A stretch of 64,000 bases of DNA. Origin: Convolutriloba macropyga. Its lineage: Eukaryota. The notes beneath the pieces were generated by a model that did no database searches, was not told the DNA's origin, and saw nothing but the letters and a program-made list of their open reading frames with translations. Numbering within the stretch: the first letter of the stretch is position 1; each line of letters begins with the position of its first letter. Location of the stretch: positions 37,944,001-38,008,000 of the forward strand of contig NC_134468.1 in NCBI RefSeq assembly GCF_964194025.1. Direction: 5' to 3'. The position numbers and the translations under genes are program-made. This document shows positions 52,672 through 64,000 of the stretch, one piece after another.

Positions 52672-54182
52672 CTGAAAAACAACTTTGGGATGATGTTGCT
52701 ACAGCTGTTCTTAGACAAATGTCTTATTTTTCTCAGTCACCCACATCAAAAAAATTTTATCTTAAGATTAAAAAATAGTTTTTAAAAGCACTGTTCTGGA
52801 TCAAAAATGCATGCAAAAAATTTCAACATCATAACATCACCTCGATATCAACATTATCCGCTATGTCAAAACAATAGATTAATGTCAGAATACAAAATGA
52901 CAACCATTGATTGTTTCCTGTCTTTTCTATTAGGCGCTCAACCACCAGAACAAAGGAAGATAAGAACGGAAAATGACTAAAAAAGAATTAGTAGACAGAA
53001 ACCAATCTGGAATGAATGATTTTAGATGAGATAGGAAATCACGCACAGAACGAAAAAATCCATGCTTTGCACTTTGCAATGGAACACGTAAATAACGCTA
53101 ACCTTTGCAGAAAACAAAATTTGCAAAAAAAACGGGGAAGGCTAAATACAGAGTGAGTAAACAGATCTTAAATTAATCAGTTTCCAGGCATCTCAGCATC
53201 CAATTGTTTGCCTTGTTTGTAAAATATTACGAGTGTAGACTTTTTGAAGTCAAGACAGTCTATTTCTGCGTTCACGATTCCTTATCCAATGTTTCCATTT
53301 TCTTGTTCTTCAGAAAGATTCTGTATTTCGGTAATTTGAAAGCAAACACAGTCAGAGATTACAAAAGCAGATTTTCAGCTGGCCAGCTTCTTGAAAACAA
53401 TAGCCAAAGGACTTGCATGACTCCAAATTGCACTTCGTTTTGCAAAATTTTCATTAAATATTTAATTATCAATGAGATCATGAAAAAGATAAATCGTGGA
53501 CTGTATGTTAAAATTAGCAGACAAAGATTCGATAGTAATTCATCGAAATATAGAGTTCTTTGGATGCTAAAAAATGGCATTGAACTATAACAACTATTTT
53601 TATTGAAGATGTTAGAACAATGAAAGAAGCAAACATAAAAGAATTTTGCCATACATTTTTAAATCTTTATATAATTGGTAACCAGGACTTGCTAGACAGA
53701 CTCTTTCATGCTCATTAGAGCAAAATTTTTGATTGCTACATAGTTTCTTCAATAGTTAACCTCTGCTAGATAGAATAACTTTTCATTTTTAAACATTTTT
53801 TTCACTGTTGCAACTAAAATTGCACAACTCTTCCTCCGTGAGGCGCCTAAAAACAAAACAGATAGGTTTAATGGCGACCTTGTAGTGTCGCAAATTGTAA
53901 TCGATTTGTATTTTCTTGCTACTATTTTGTGATAACGGCACTACGAACAATTTATTATTATCATTTTCAGAATTTTAAACGAGAATTCCTCTTCATGAAA
54001 GTCACCCATCAACAAGATTCAAGCTTGCAATCAATATTTTTTGCCTATTGAATACAACTTAGTTAGGAACAATGGTTTTAGCTGTTTTTAAAATTACTGT
54101 CTTTAACTCTCGTTATCTCCTCTACAGTAACTGTGGACAAAACTCCAGTTATACATAGCTTAAGCAAAAAGCATCGAGTTAC

Positions 54183-55141
54183 CTGTAACACGACCAGGGT
54201 ATCGTGGAGACTGAAGATGTTATTGTCACTTGCGTTTAGAACTCGCAATGTAAAACTGGTCGCCAGCGGTTGAATGTCACTCAGCTTATTCTTCTGCACG
54301 TGCAACTCGTGCAGCCTAGGCAGACTCTGAACCCCATCAAGTGACGTCAGACGATTGTTGTTCAAATGAAGGATGGTCAAGTTAGATAACGCTGGGATCC
54401 CTGACATGTCTCTAATATCGTTCATTGCTAAATTCAGCTCCGATAAGCTTCTTAAATTGGTGATGTGAGCTATTTGGCGAATGAAATTATGCGATAAGTT
54501 CACGTACACTAAGTCAGGACACAACTCGATACCTTGATAGTTCTCAATTCGGTTCAAGGAAGCGTCTAGATGTCTGACATTAGGAAAAGGCTGCAGCGAT
54601 TCGTACGGCAGTTCCTGCATATCATTTAGAGAAAAGTCGACCTTCAAGCACTTCTCTGGCTTTTCAACTAACGATGGAAGATTCGGAATTCGTGACTGGC
54701 CAGTGGGGAATCCGAAATCGAAGTCATACAGAATTCTTTGCAATTGACACATTTTCAGTTTCAGGCCGAAATACGGAGCTCCATTTTGATTGACATGCCA
54801 GTAAAATGGGATGTGGGTCAATTCTACGGCATGGTCTTCGACAAACTTTCGAGAAAGCTTCTGAGTGGGTAAAGTTCTCACAAAGTCGTAAGAGTATGGA
54901 AAATACACATCATTACGCGCTCTATTGCGATAAACGCCATTGGCATCTCGTTCCCTGTTAGTGCGCAACATAGTGCTCTTTGTGACTGAATCGATATCGC
55001 TTTCACTCAAGTTCCCTGCACTGCTGGGGGATCTGTTGTTTGGATAGGAATTTGGGACGTGCTGCGATGTTCGTTGAGGTGAGGAATCCAACTGATTGTT
55101 TATTCTACCAGGAATAGCAGAACTCAGATTGTTGTTTGAAT
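54183..55141 (-). CDS. LRR protein exon 2 (SDS22-like leucine-rich repeats)
   Basis: Acceptor attttgtag|AT; repeated LxxLxLxxNxI units (LSELNLAMNDI, LTILHLNNNRL, LHELHVQKNKL); donor CAG|gtaact. Confidence 0.9.
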
Positions 55142-55398
55142 CTACAAAATTGGGGCTATTATAATCAAATTACAAATAAATGTCAAAAATTTTAATGCCG
55201 AATTTCCATTAAAATTAGCGGTTTACAGTTTGATACAAAAGCAAAAAAATTTTGCAAGCATTTTGAAATAATAATGGTTTTTCTGGCTAGACAGCATCAC
55301 TGATTTTTCTATAAATATCAAACGCCACGTAAATTGGAAACCCTGATCATTTTTCCGTTCCGCTAAAAGCAACAAAATTTGAAAAGAACATGACTAAC

Positions 55399-55588
55399 TA
55401 TTTCTGTTCAAGTTTCTCTGATTGTTCACGTTTTGTCCAGCAATGTCATTGGAGGTTGCCTGTTGTTGATAAGCCGGTGGTTCATTTTCCTCATCCTCGT
55501 TATCTTCTGAGCGCTCCGTTCGTCTCCCTTCTTCGTCTTCCTCAACTGCGGGCAATCGACGTCCACCCTGGTTATTATTCGCAGCCAT
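55399..55588 (-). CDS. LRR protein exon 1 (low-complexity acidic/Asn-rich)
   Basis: ATG, open frame, donor ATA|gttagt (phase 1) joining exon 2 in frame. Confidence 0.7.
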
Positions 55589-56112
55589 TGCTCTTCAGTG
55601 TATTATTCACTGACTCAAGTTTTGACCAAATTTACATTGACTAATGCTTACAAAGACGTGCTCTCTTTCTTTCTGGACTTGCACTTAGCTCATGTAACGC
55701 ATAGCCAAAACGAACAAAAAATAAATTAGAATAAAAACTACAATAAAACACCGCTTGTATCGTTAATAATGTGAAGAGTATGCAGTAAAATTGAAACACT
55801 CAATCTCCAGCATCGTAAATCAAACAGACAGCATTGAGCTAACGGCTTAGTTCGCTATACACTTTCCTTTTGATCAAAATTTAGGAACGAAAAGATCTCG
55901 ATACCTGAAGATCACAAAAATTTTTTTATCGGTGAAATTCAGGACAAAAGTAAATTCAATTTCAACTAGTATTTTCCATAACAATTACAATTCTCATAAC
56001 AGATCTATCTGAACTAGTTTCAAACAGTAAACAACACTGATAAAGAGAAACCAACTAGAAAAAAGCAAATTAAACGTGTTCACATTTGAACAGAATAACT
56101 TCAAAATTTTGT

Positions 56113-56397
56113 CTAAAGAGGGACTACGTTAGCTACGCAATCAACTGCATTGTAAGAGAAGAAATTGTTGAACGGCTTGTCATTTCTGGAAGCAATTTTG
56201 ATAATCTCTTGTCCTATGACTCCTCCTAGAACTGCAGCTACTTCTGCATTACCCTTCATCTGATGGAAGGATGCGTCTGCAAGCAGATACATTGGCATTG
56301 CATCCGCATCTAGTTTTAACTTGGAGCTCACTTCCAAAAACTCATCAACAATCACATCAAATTCAGCTGCCAGTAGATCTTTCGACACCAGTTGATC
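56113..56397 (-). CDS. SAE1: SAE1 coding exon 2
   Basis: Acceptor ttctttcag|GAT; VAAVLGGVIGQEIIKIASRNDKPFNNFF; total 325 aa. Confidence 0.93.
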   Translation of the reverse strand, partial: DQLVSKDLLAAEFDVIVDEFLEVSSKLKLDADAMPMYLLADASFHQMKGNAEVAAVLGGVIGQEIIKIASRNDKPFNNFFSYNAVDCVANVVPL

Positions 56398-57608
56398 CTG
56401 AAAGAATACGAACGTTCAATTTTGCAAATCACTTACGTAAACCTATTACCACTTTTGGGATAAACCATAGTCAGCGCAAAAAAATAGATGCTTACGATTA
56501 ACTCCAACCACAGTAGAGCTTTTGCCATATATAGTCTAGCTAAAATTGATTCATAATCGTTTAAAATAGGTTACGAAACAACAGATTTCATCAAGGATGG
56601 AGTTTTAATGAAGAGTTTTTAGTTGGATAGCTCAAAATGTCCCTAAATGTAATTTTTGTCAGCTGTCATTTGATCTCAAACAAGGATGCTCGTTAATGTG
56701 CGTTTGCACATGATGTTCAGATCCGAGCTCACCTACACTTTTGACCTAATTGTCGACCAAATGAAGAGATAATAAAAATAGATGTTTGAGTTTGAAAACC
56801 TAACTACTTGTTGAATTACATAATGCCATGCCTCATTACAGCGCTGACAAAATATTTCATTGCAAAAAACTACCAAAAAAAACAAACAACAAAAGAAGCA
56901 AAAACAAAAAATTCACGGCAAAAACTAAGTATCTAAATTTGAACGCACCAACAACGCCAAAATGCAATCGTATAAAACCTTAACTGCACAAATTTACTTT
57001 GTCCATACTATACAGCAGATGGCAATTTTCCTTAATGAGACTAGATAACAAAGTCGACAAAAGGAAATAATAAGGCAAAATAGAAAATTCAATCAACTTT
57101 TTTTAAACCAAATAATTTCTAAAGTCATTAAAATCATTAGCTTTTAACGAGCTAATTCTTAATAAATTTACCAAACATTCATTATGAAACCAACACGGCC
57201 TGTCGTTGGTTAGATTATGCCATAGGAACGGACTACAGAAGCAGAAAAACTCAAAAAATAGAACAATTTGCGAAAACACAAATTTTTGAAGCCATTAAAA
57301 TTATTAGCTATTATCTGAGTACTATGTATTCTTCTTTCCATTTTCATTCACACTAAAGCAACTAAAAAAATACTGAAAGATTAAATTAGTGCATTTGGGC
57401 CACATTTGAAAATCATTGGGATCTGTTATTACGCGAATGTGCTAAAAGAAGTGAAAAAGAAACACAAGTACGCCACTAAAACTTAATTAAACGGATATTG
57501 TCAACAATTAAAACATCAGTTACGACATGATGTCACTGGAAAATTAAATTTTTCGAATTCAAGAAATTGAATGAGACCTCTCAATGATGAGAATAAGCTA
57601 CAAAATGA

Positions 57609-59610
57609 CGAAAAAAAAAACAAGAAAAACTGATGTTTAAAAAATCATTGAAAATGTATAATATCAGAAACTTTGAGACTATTCGCTATCAAATGATGAC
57701 TCGGGTAACATCAATCTTTGAATACTCAATCTCAAGCTTCTGAGACCCGTCACCATTTTGCGCCTACTTAAAGATTTAAAAAATAGGCAAAAACCGCTAA
57801 TTCAAAAAAAAATTGAGCGAGAAAAGTGTCGAAGCCGTTAAAAAATATCTTTTCTGTAATGACTTTTCTATCATCCATCAATTTTTTAACAGAATGAGAT
57901 TTTTTTCTCAATATGACTTCAAAATATCAATAAATATGAAAAATACATTAAAACCACGAAATTTCTGAGAAAGGCGTTAGTATCAACGCCTTTTAACTCA
58001 ATTGCCTTCAGCGAAAGGCAATAAAAGCGCGCGATGGGAGCAAAAGAGTTATGCTTCGATGGGACAACAAGGATGTTTGTCATTGACAAGTCATCGATAC
58101 GATAAGAAATTAGAATAAGTCATTGACTGAGAAAACAAGATCAAATTTTGATCACTCGTCAAATTTTATACTGCATAGAAATGCAAAACTGCACCTTCCA
58201 GTGTTTACAAACCGCGAACAAAATATACCAAAATTTTGGATAAATAACTTTCTGATGAACAGCCATTTAGCCATATTGGCTCAGGTTTCAGTGAAATCAA
58301 CTTTAATCCAAATCCGGAAATTCCAGGCTTCATTTAAGATTCCATGTACGGAATTCATGTACGAAAAAAAACAATAACTGAAATGTTTAAAAAATCATTG
58401 AAAATGCATAATATCATAAACTTTGAGACTATTCGCTATCGAATGATGACTCGGTTAACATCAATCTTTAAATACTCAGTCTCAAGCTTCTGAGACCCGT
58501 CACCATTTTGCGCCTACCTAATAATTTAAGAAAAATAGGCAAAAACCGCTAATTCAAAACAAAATTGAGCAAGAAAAGTGTCGAAGCGGTTAAAAAATAA
58601 CTTTTCTGTAATGACTTTTCTATCATCCATTAATTTTTTAACAGAGTGAGATTTTTTTCTCAATATGACTTCAAAATATCAATAAATATGAAAAAAACAT
58701 TAAAACCACGAAATTTCTGAGAAAGCCGTTAGTATCAACGCCTTTTAACTGAATTGCCTTCAGCGAAAGGCAATAAAAGCGCGCGATGGGAGCAAAAGAA
58801 ATATGCTTCGATGGGACAACAAGGATGTTTGTCATTGACAAGTAATCGATACTATAAGACATTAGAATAAGTCATTGACTGAGAAAACAAGATCAAATTT
58901 TGATCACTCGTCAAATTTTATACTGCATAGAAATGCAAAACTGCACCTTCCAGTGTATACAAACCGCGAACAAAATATACCAAAATTTTGGATAAATAAC
59001 TTTCTGATGAACAGCCATTTAGCCATATTGGCTCAGGTGTCAGTGAAATCAACTTTAATCCAAATCCAGAAATTCCAGGCTTCATTTAAGATTCCATGTA
59101 CGGAATTCATGTACGAAAAAAACAATAACTGAAATGTTTAAAAAAATCATTGAAAATGCATAATATCATAAACTTTGAGACTATTCGCTATCGAATGATG
59201 ACTCGGTTAACATCAATCTTTGAATACTCAATCTCAAGCTTCTGAGACCCGTCACCATTTTGCGCCTACCTAATAATTTAAAAAAAAATAGGCAAAAACC
59301 GCTAATTCAAAACAAAATTGAGCAAGAAAAGTGTCGAATCGGTTAAAAAATAACTTTTCTGTAATGACTTTTCTATCATCCATTAATTTTTTAACAGAGT
59401 GAGATTTCTCAATATGACTTCAAAATATCAATAAATATGAAAAATACACTAAAACCACGAAATTTCGGAGAAAGCCGTTAATATCAACAATATAAACGCG
59501 CGATGGGAGCAAAAGAGTTATGCTTCGATGGGACAACAAGGACGTTTGTCATTGACAAGTCATCGATACGATAAGACATTAGAATAAGTCACTGACTGAG
59601 AAAACAAGAA
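57609..59610. repeat. Tandem repeat, ~752-bp unit, ~2.6 copies, in the SAE1 intron
   Basis: Near-identical ORFs at 58123 and 58875 (offset 752); third partial copy from ~59110. Confidence 0.92.
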
Positions 59611-60500
59611 CAAATACAGGCAAAAAGCAAAAGTTCAGTAGAAAAGTGCGAGAAGAAAATGTCGAAGCCATTTAAACCATAAGTTTTTCTTTGAAAACTT
59701 CATCTATGATCCATTGAACGTCTTTTATAAGCCAATTGGAACTAACACTAATAGGATAATGTGATGAGATTTCAGAACCAAAAGCATCAAAAAATTTTCC
59801 AAATGTCCAACAAATGTATCGATTTTATCAAACCAATGAGTAGAAGATAAAGCCGCAAATTAAATTATTTTTTGTTGAAGTAGTAAAGAATGAGTGCCGA
59901 TAATTAATGAGACGTTCGTACAGTTCACGAAGATATGTTTACGATTGGTTAATATTCAAATTTCTTTTTCGAAAAATTATTTTTTTAAGTTTTAACAGCT
60001 ATTAAATTCAATAGCTTTTAACAGAAGTCAAAAAATACGCTTAAACATGGCTCGATAAAAAGAAAAAGATGTTTTTCATGCATGGGTAATCAATAAGATA
60101 TCATAATAAGGGTTATGACTATGAAAACAACAACAAATACAGGCAAAAACCAAAAAATCAGTAGAAAAGTGCGAGAAGAAAGTGTCCAAGCCATTTAAGC
60201 CATAAGCTTTTATCTGAAAACTTTATCTATGATTCATTGAACGTCTTCCCTAAACCAACGGGAGCTATCCAAATTAGGATAATGTGCTAAAATTTCAAAA
60301 CGATTCAAAAATACAAAAATATCCAAAAATTTTAAAATTGTTTTTAAAATCTTGTGGCATCGAAGCCATAAAACCAATAGTTAGAATTTAAAACCGCTAA
60401 ACAGATTAGTTTTGGTTGAAGTAGAAAAGAAGGGGATCCTGTCAGTACAGAGACTGACTTTCAGTTTACAAAAAAAGTTTATTGTCGGTTAATGTTAAAA
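59608..60500. repeat. Older diverged direct duplication (~525-bp offset)
   Basis: CAAATACAGGCAAAAA..CAGTAGAAAAGTGCGAGAAGAAA at ~59611 and ~60135. Confidence 0.7.
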
Positions 60501-61036
60501 AATATTTTGAAAAATTATGTATAAAGTCTTAACAGCCATTAGCTGTACAATCGAAGCACTGAATAGCTTCACTAATGCTCGTTACGACACCCATTACACT
60601 TTTAATCATCGATTCTATTCCATAGGGTTCCAAAAATTCAGTAAAACCTCAAAGAAAATCAAATATTCATTTATAATTACAAAAGCTCAGAGTCGAAGCC
60701 ATAAAAAATTTGTGCGATTCCTCGAAAACGTGTTTTTTGTTCATAAGGCGTCATTTTACTGTATATCAGGTTTATCATTAACCAAACATCGACATGAAAA
60801 GTGACCAGTCTCTAGGTGACCTAAAAAAATATAAAGTCTAAAAAAAAACAGCTCTCAAATAGAGTTCGAATTTTTTTTATAGTAAACTTCCCTATGAGAC
60901 CAGAACTAGTCTTTTTTATCGCCTTTCGTGTATTAGGAATACGAAATTGAATCCTTTTGTGGCGTGAAATGTAATTTTGAATGAAAAATTTACAAAGAAA
61001 TGATTATAATTTGAAGAAAAATTACACTAAAATGTG

Positions 61037-61077
61037 AGTGTGAACACGCGATATACCAAATATCGCGTGTTCACACT
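61037..61077. repeat. Perfect 18-bp inverted repeat with 5-nt loop
   Basis: AGTGTGAACACGCGATAT-ACCAA-ATATCGCGTGTTCACACT. Confidence 0.9.
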
Positions 61078-61320
61078 AAACTTCAATCCTCGATAACTCC
61101 TCGAAAAAAAAACGAAATTCAAAAAAAAATCTTTTTAATTTCAAATTCTAGGCTGGACGAGCTTTTTAATGATACTACTCACATTTCTCTACGATGAATA
61201 TATCGATCGGCCAAAATTGACTGAACAAAAAAAACCCATTTGAGTATATAGTTCCTTCCCCACAAGTGGCGTCGGAACAATAAGCAAAAACGTATCAACT
61301 GACGTATAAAACCTACAAAC

Positions 61321-62013
61321 CTTCAATAATGACAACAGAAGAACTTTGTTCGTCTTTTGCTGCTTGCTCAAAACTTCATCAAATATCGCAAAGGGTATTG
61401 AATCTTGGAAAGATTTGAATGTAACTTCATGATGTTCAACAATCTTGGTTACTTCGCCATCCGGAGCCTTCTTTTCGGTTTCCGAATGGCATTTGAAATT
61501 CTCCCCCAAGTCACTGAACATATAGCCAAAAGCCCCGAAACAATCCGCAACAAGGAACGAAATGTTTTTCGAACGGCAAATAGCGTCAACTTTGTTTACA
61601 ACTTCGAATGGGTAGTCGATCACACAAACTATGTTGAATTGATCAAAGTACTCATCACTCACTTCAGAAAGGTTGACATTGCTAGCTGTAACCTTCACAT
61701 TGGGATTCAATGACGACAAGCGCTCAACACTTGCCTCGGCTCTATTTTCACCAATTGTATCAAAGGGTGCCATAAACTGGCCAGGGAAATCACTTTTACC
61801 CAAATTCCTGTGGTCCATCAGGGTCACAGAGTTCACGCCAGTTAAGACCACGTTTTTGCAAACTTCTGCGCCGACTGAATTCAACCCTGCAATTAGAACA
61901 TTTGTGGCTCTCAATTTCTGCTGCGCCTCCACTCCCCATAATCTCAACTGTCGGTCGTACAGTTTAGCTTCTCCAGCCGACAAATCAGCTTTACTCTCTT
62001 CTCCCGACACCAT
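61321..62013 (-). CDS. SAE1: SUMO-activating enzyme subunit 1 (Aos1) coding exon 1
   Basis: LSAGEAKLYDRQLRLWGVEAQQKLR, GLNSVGAEVCKNVVLTGV, GENRAEAS..LNPNV, FGAFGYMFSDLG; ATG at 62013; donor AAG|gtttgt. Confidence 0.93.
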
Positions 62014-64000
62014 TTTCAAATATCAGTTGTCTGAAAGAGAGCATTTGAAAACATTACGGCCAGCGTACAAAATGTATGCAATCGTCAAATATAGACCCCA
62101 ACCGACTGTTATACGGATTGTTCTGCAACGACTGACGATGCGCTCTCGATTCCACTGCAACCTGCTACTACGCTCAGGGTGTGGATGTAGAATAGGGAAA
62201 TAATTTTACTAAGGGACATAAGTGTTTATGTAGCGAAAGATTTCAAGTGCGGAAAAAGGAACCGATTTCGGCGCGATTTTCATTCGGGTAGCAAACTGCC
62301 TCGAGTTGAGTAGAGTGCATAAATTTCTGAACACAGAGCATTAGATCACACAAAGACCACGACATAAAATTCGCTCGAAACGTCGACAGGTAGATCAAAA
62401 TTTGCATAAAAACACTAGTAAATAATAAATGCTTCAAACTTTGTTCGAGAGCAATTAATAATTAGTATAGAAAAACTGATGAATAGCAAGCATCTGATTT
62501 TTTTTAGTCATCGCAAGACCACACAAAAATAACAAAACAATGCGGCTCGGTAAGGTGCATCAGCATCAGGGCTACAACACTAACCAAACATTGGATGCTC
62601 AGTCAACATTGCAATTTGTAAATCAAAAAGAAAGTGAAAAACCGAGGAATGATAAAAAAACTTCCTCTGCAAGCAAGAGTTGGCCCCAATACGATAACCG
62701 ATATCAATTTAAGTCAACTTAAATACAAAACGGTGAAAAATTCTTCCGAGTACATAATGCCAGTGTGAAACTGAATTCAATATTTTATGCTACATGTAGG
62801 TAGAGTTTTCTTTTTCTGATATCAATTTAAAAAAACCGCAGTAAAACTGGGAGACAAGAATTGGTAAAGATCTGCAAAAATAACATTGGAATTAGACGGA
62901 ATTTTACGCATAACAGAAGTTGATACTTCTTTAGCAAACACAAAAATTTGCTACAATCCTCCATTGATTGAGCGGAAGGGAAACATCGCATTTTCAAAAA
63001 TGGAAGTTAATGTCAAATTTGAAAACGGAACGAACGAATTGCTATCGTTTGCTCGACAATTAAAGGAACGGTGAGATAAGCGGAACCATTAGATAAAAAT
63101 AAAAGATTGCAGGAATGCTTCATGTCAGTGAAAAACTTAACATCACTCAAAATCTGTGCCACTATCAGTCAAAAATTTAAAATAGGTTTGTTCAAAAACT
63201 CATTACTATTTGTTTCACAATAATAAGGATAAACAATAAAAACTATAGCCTTTAGGCTTAGATCACTTAGACAGAAACTGGGCGTATGAAGTTGGTGAAA
63301 AGCTGAATCTATCAGACAATGCGCAGACCAACCAAATAAGCACCTTTCTAATTCTGTCTCCATACCAAAGAGGTATTGTTCAACTCAATTTTCAAAGGTC
63401 GTTTATCATCGTTTAATAGATTGAGACAAATCACCGTTTAATAGATTGAGACAAATTGATAACCCGTCCATGTAATGGGTAAAGGGGATGACGGAGGCCT
63501 GTTAGTTATCACAATAGATAGTTACCAGAATTTTTTAGACCCATGATGTCTGAATATGCAGAAATTAATACCAGCGGCCCGAAATCTAATTTTTTTTTAA
63601 AAAATCGAAATCTATAAAAGACACAAGGTTAATGAACAATTTAGTTCAAACAAATTAAAAAACAAATAAAAAAATCAACAAATCAATCAAGTTTTTGGCA
63701 ATGATACTCTCAAAAAGGCACAAACCCTCAAATGATAAGAAACGGCACTTTTCCTAGAACAATACTGTCAAGGGCAAAAGAATTCTCAAATGCACAAAAG
63801 GCAAATATAGAATATCTAATCAAAAGCAAGAACATTTATCATTTTAAGCTTTTTAAATCTCCCTTTGTTTCTCCGGTTCTAAACTACCTTTAATTAGTGG
63901 AAAAATGGGTATACCTCACCCCTCTTTGCGCTATATTTTGATAACATCGACACTTTTCGAAGTCTAATAATTGACGCTTTCATTCAACCATTTTAAACAA

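Noticed and set aside
58123-59132. Twin 84/85-aa ORFs (MTEKTRSN...)
   Set aside because: Non-ATG starts inside a tandem repeat, antisense within an intron; no recognisable homology.
61405-62203. Plus-strand ORFs overlapping SAE1 (similarly 661-933 over TBCEL)
   Set aside because: Antisense shadows of real exons.
62886-63363. Possible exons of a further gene (plus ORF 62886-63074 ending at a gtgaga donor-like site; minus ORF 63169-63363)
   Set aside because: No recognisable family, an in-frame stop just upstream of the plus ORF and no convincing acceptor.
63410-63460. Short tandem duplications (26 bp here; also ~39762-39808 and ~22940-23000)
   Set aside because: Ordinary slippage duplications with no sign of function.
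1-64000. CRISPR array, prokaryotic defence system, or non-canonical introns and genetic code
   Set aside because: The DNA is eukaryotic; repeats lack regular repeat-spacer structure; all reconstructed introns are GT-AG and translate with the standard code.

Overview
AT-rich eukaryotic (most likely invertebrate animal) nuclear DNA with GT-AG introns. Five protein genes can be spliced in frame, all on the minus strand. In transcription order they are SAE1/AOS1 (2 coding exons, 325 aa), an SDS22-type LRR/coiled-coil protein (3 exons, 618 aa), GFER/Erv1 (single exon), PEX5 (6 exons, 572 aa) and TBCEL (first 2 exons; the gene runs off the left edge). A plus-strand tRNA-Ile(AAT) with a genomic CCA lies in TBCEL intron 1, and a decayed Maverick/Polinton-type DNA polymerase B sits upstream of PEX5. 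Non-coding space is dominated by at least four families of non-autonomous elements with Helentron/HINE (DINE-1-like) architecture: subterminal inverted repeats, a 3' stem-loop and T-run targets. Roughly 25-30 recognisable copies all point the same way as the genes, and they chain or nest into one another. The only inverted copies are inside a 3.67-kb tandem duplication with template-switch junctions and a ~240-bp-arm palindrome. Coordinates of repeats are approximate (read by eye); exon coordinates were checked for frame and phase.
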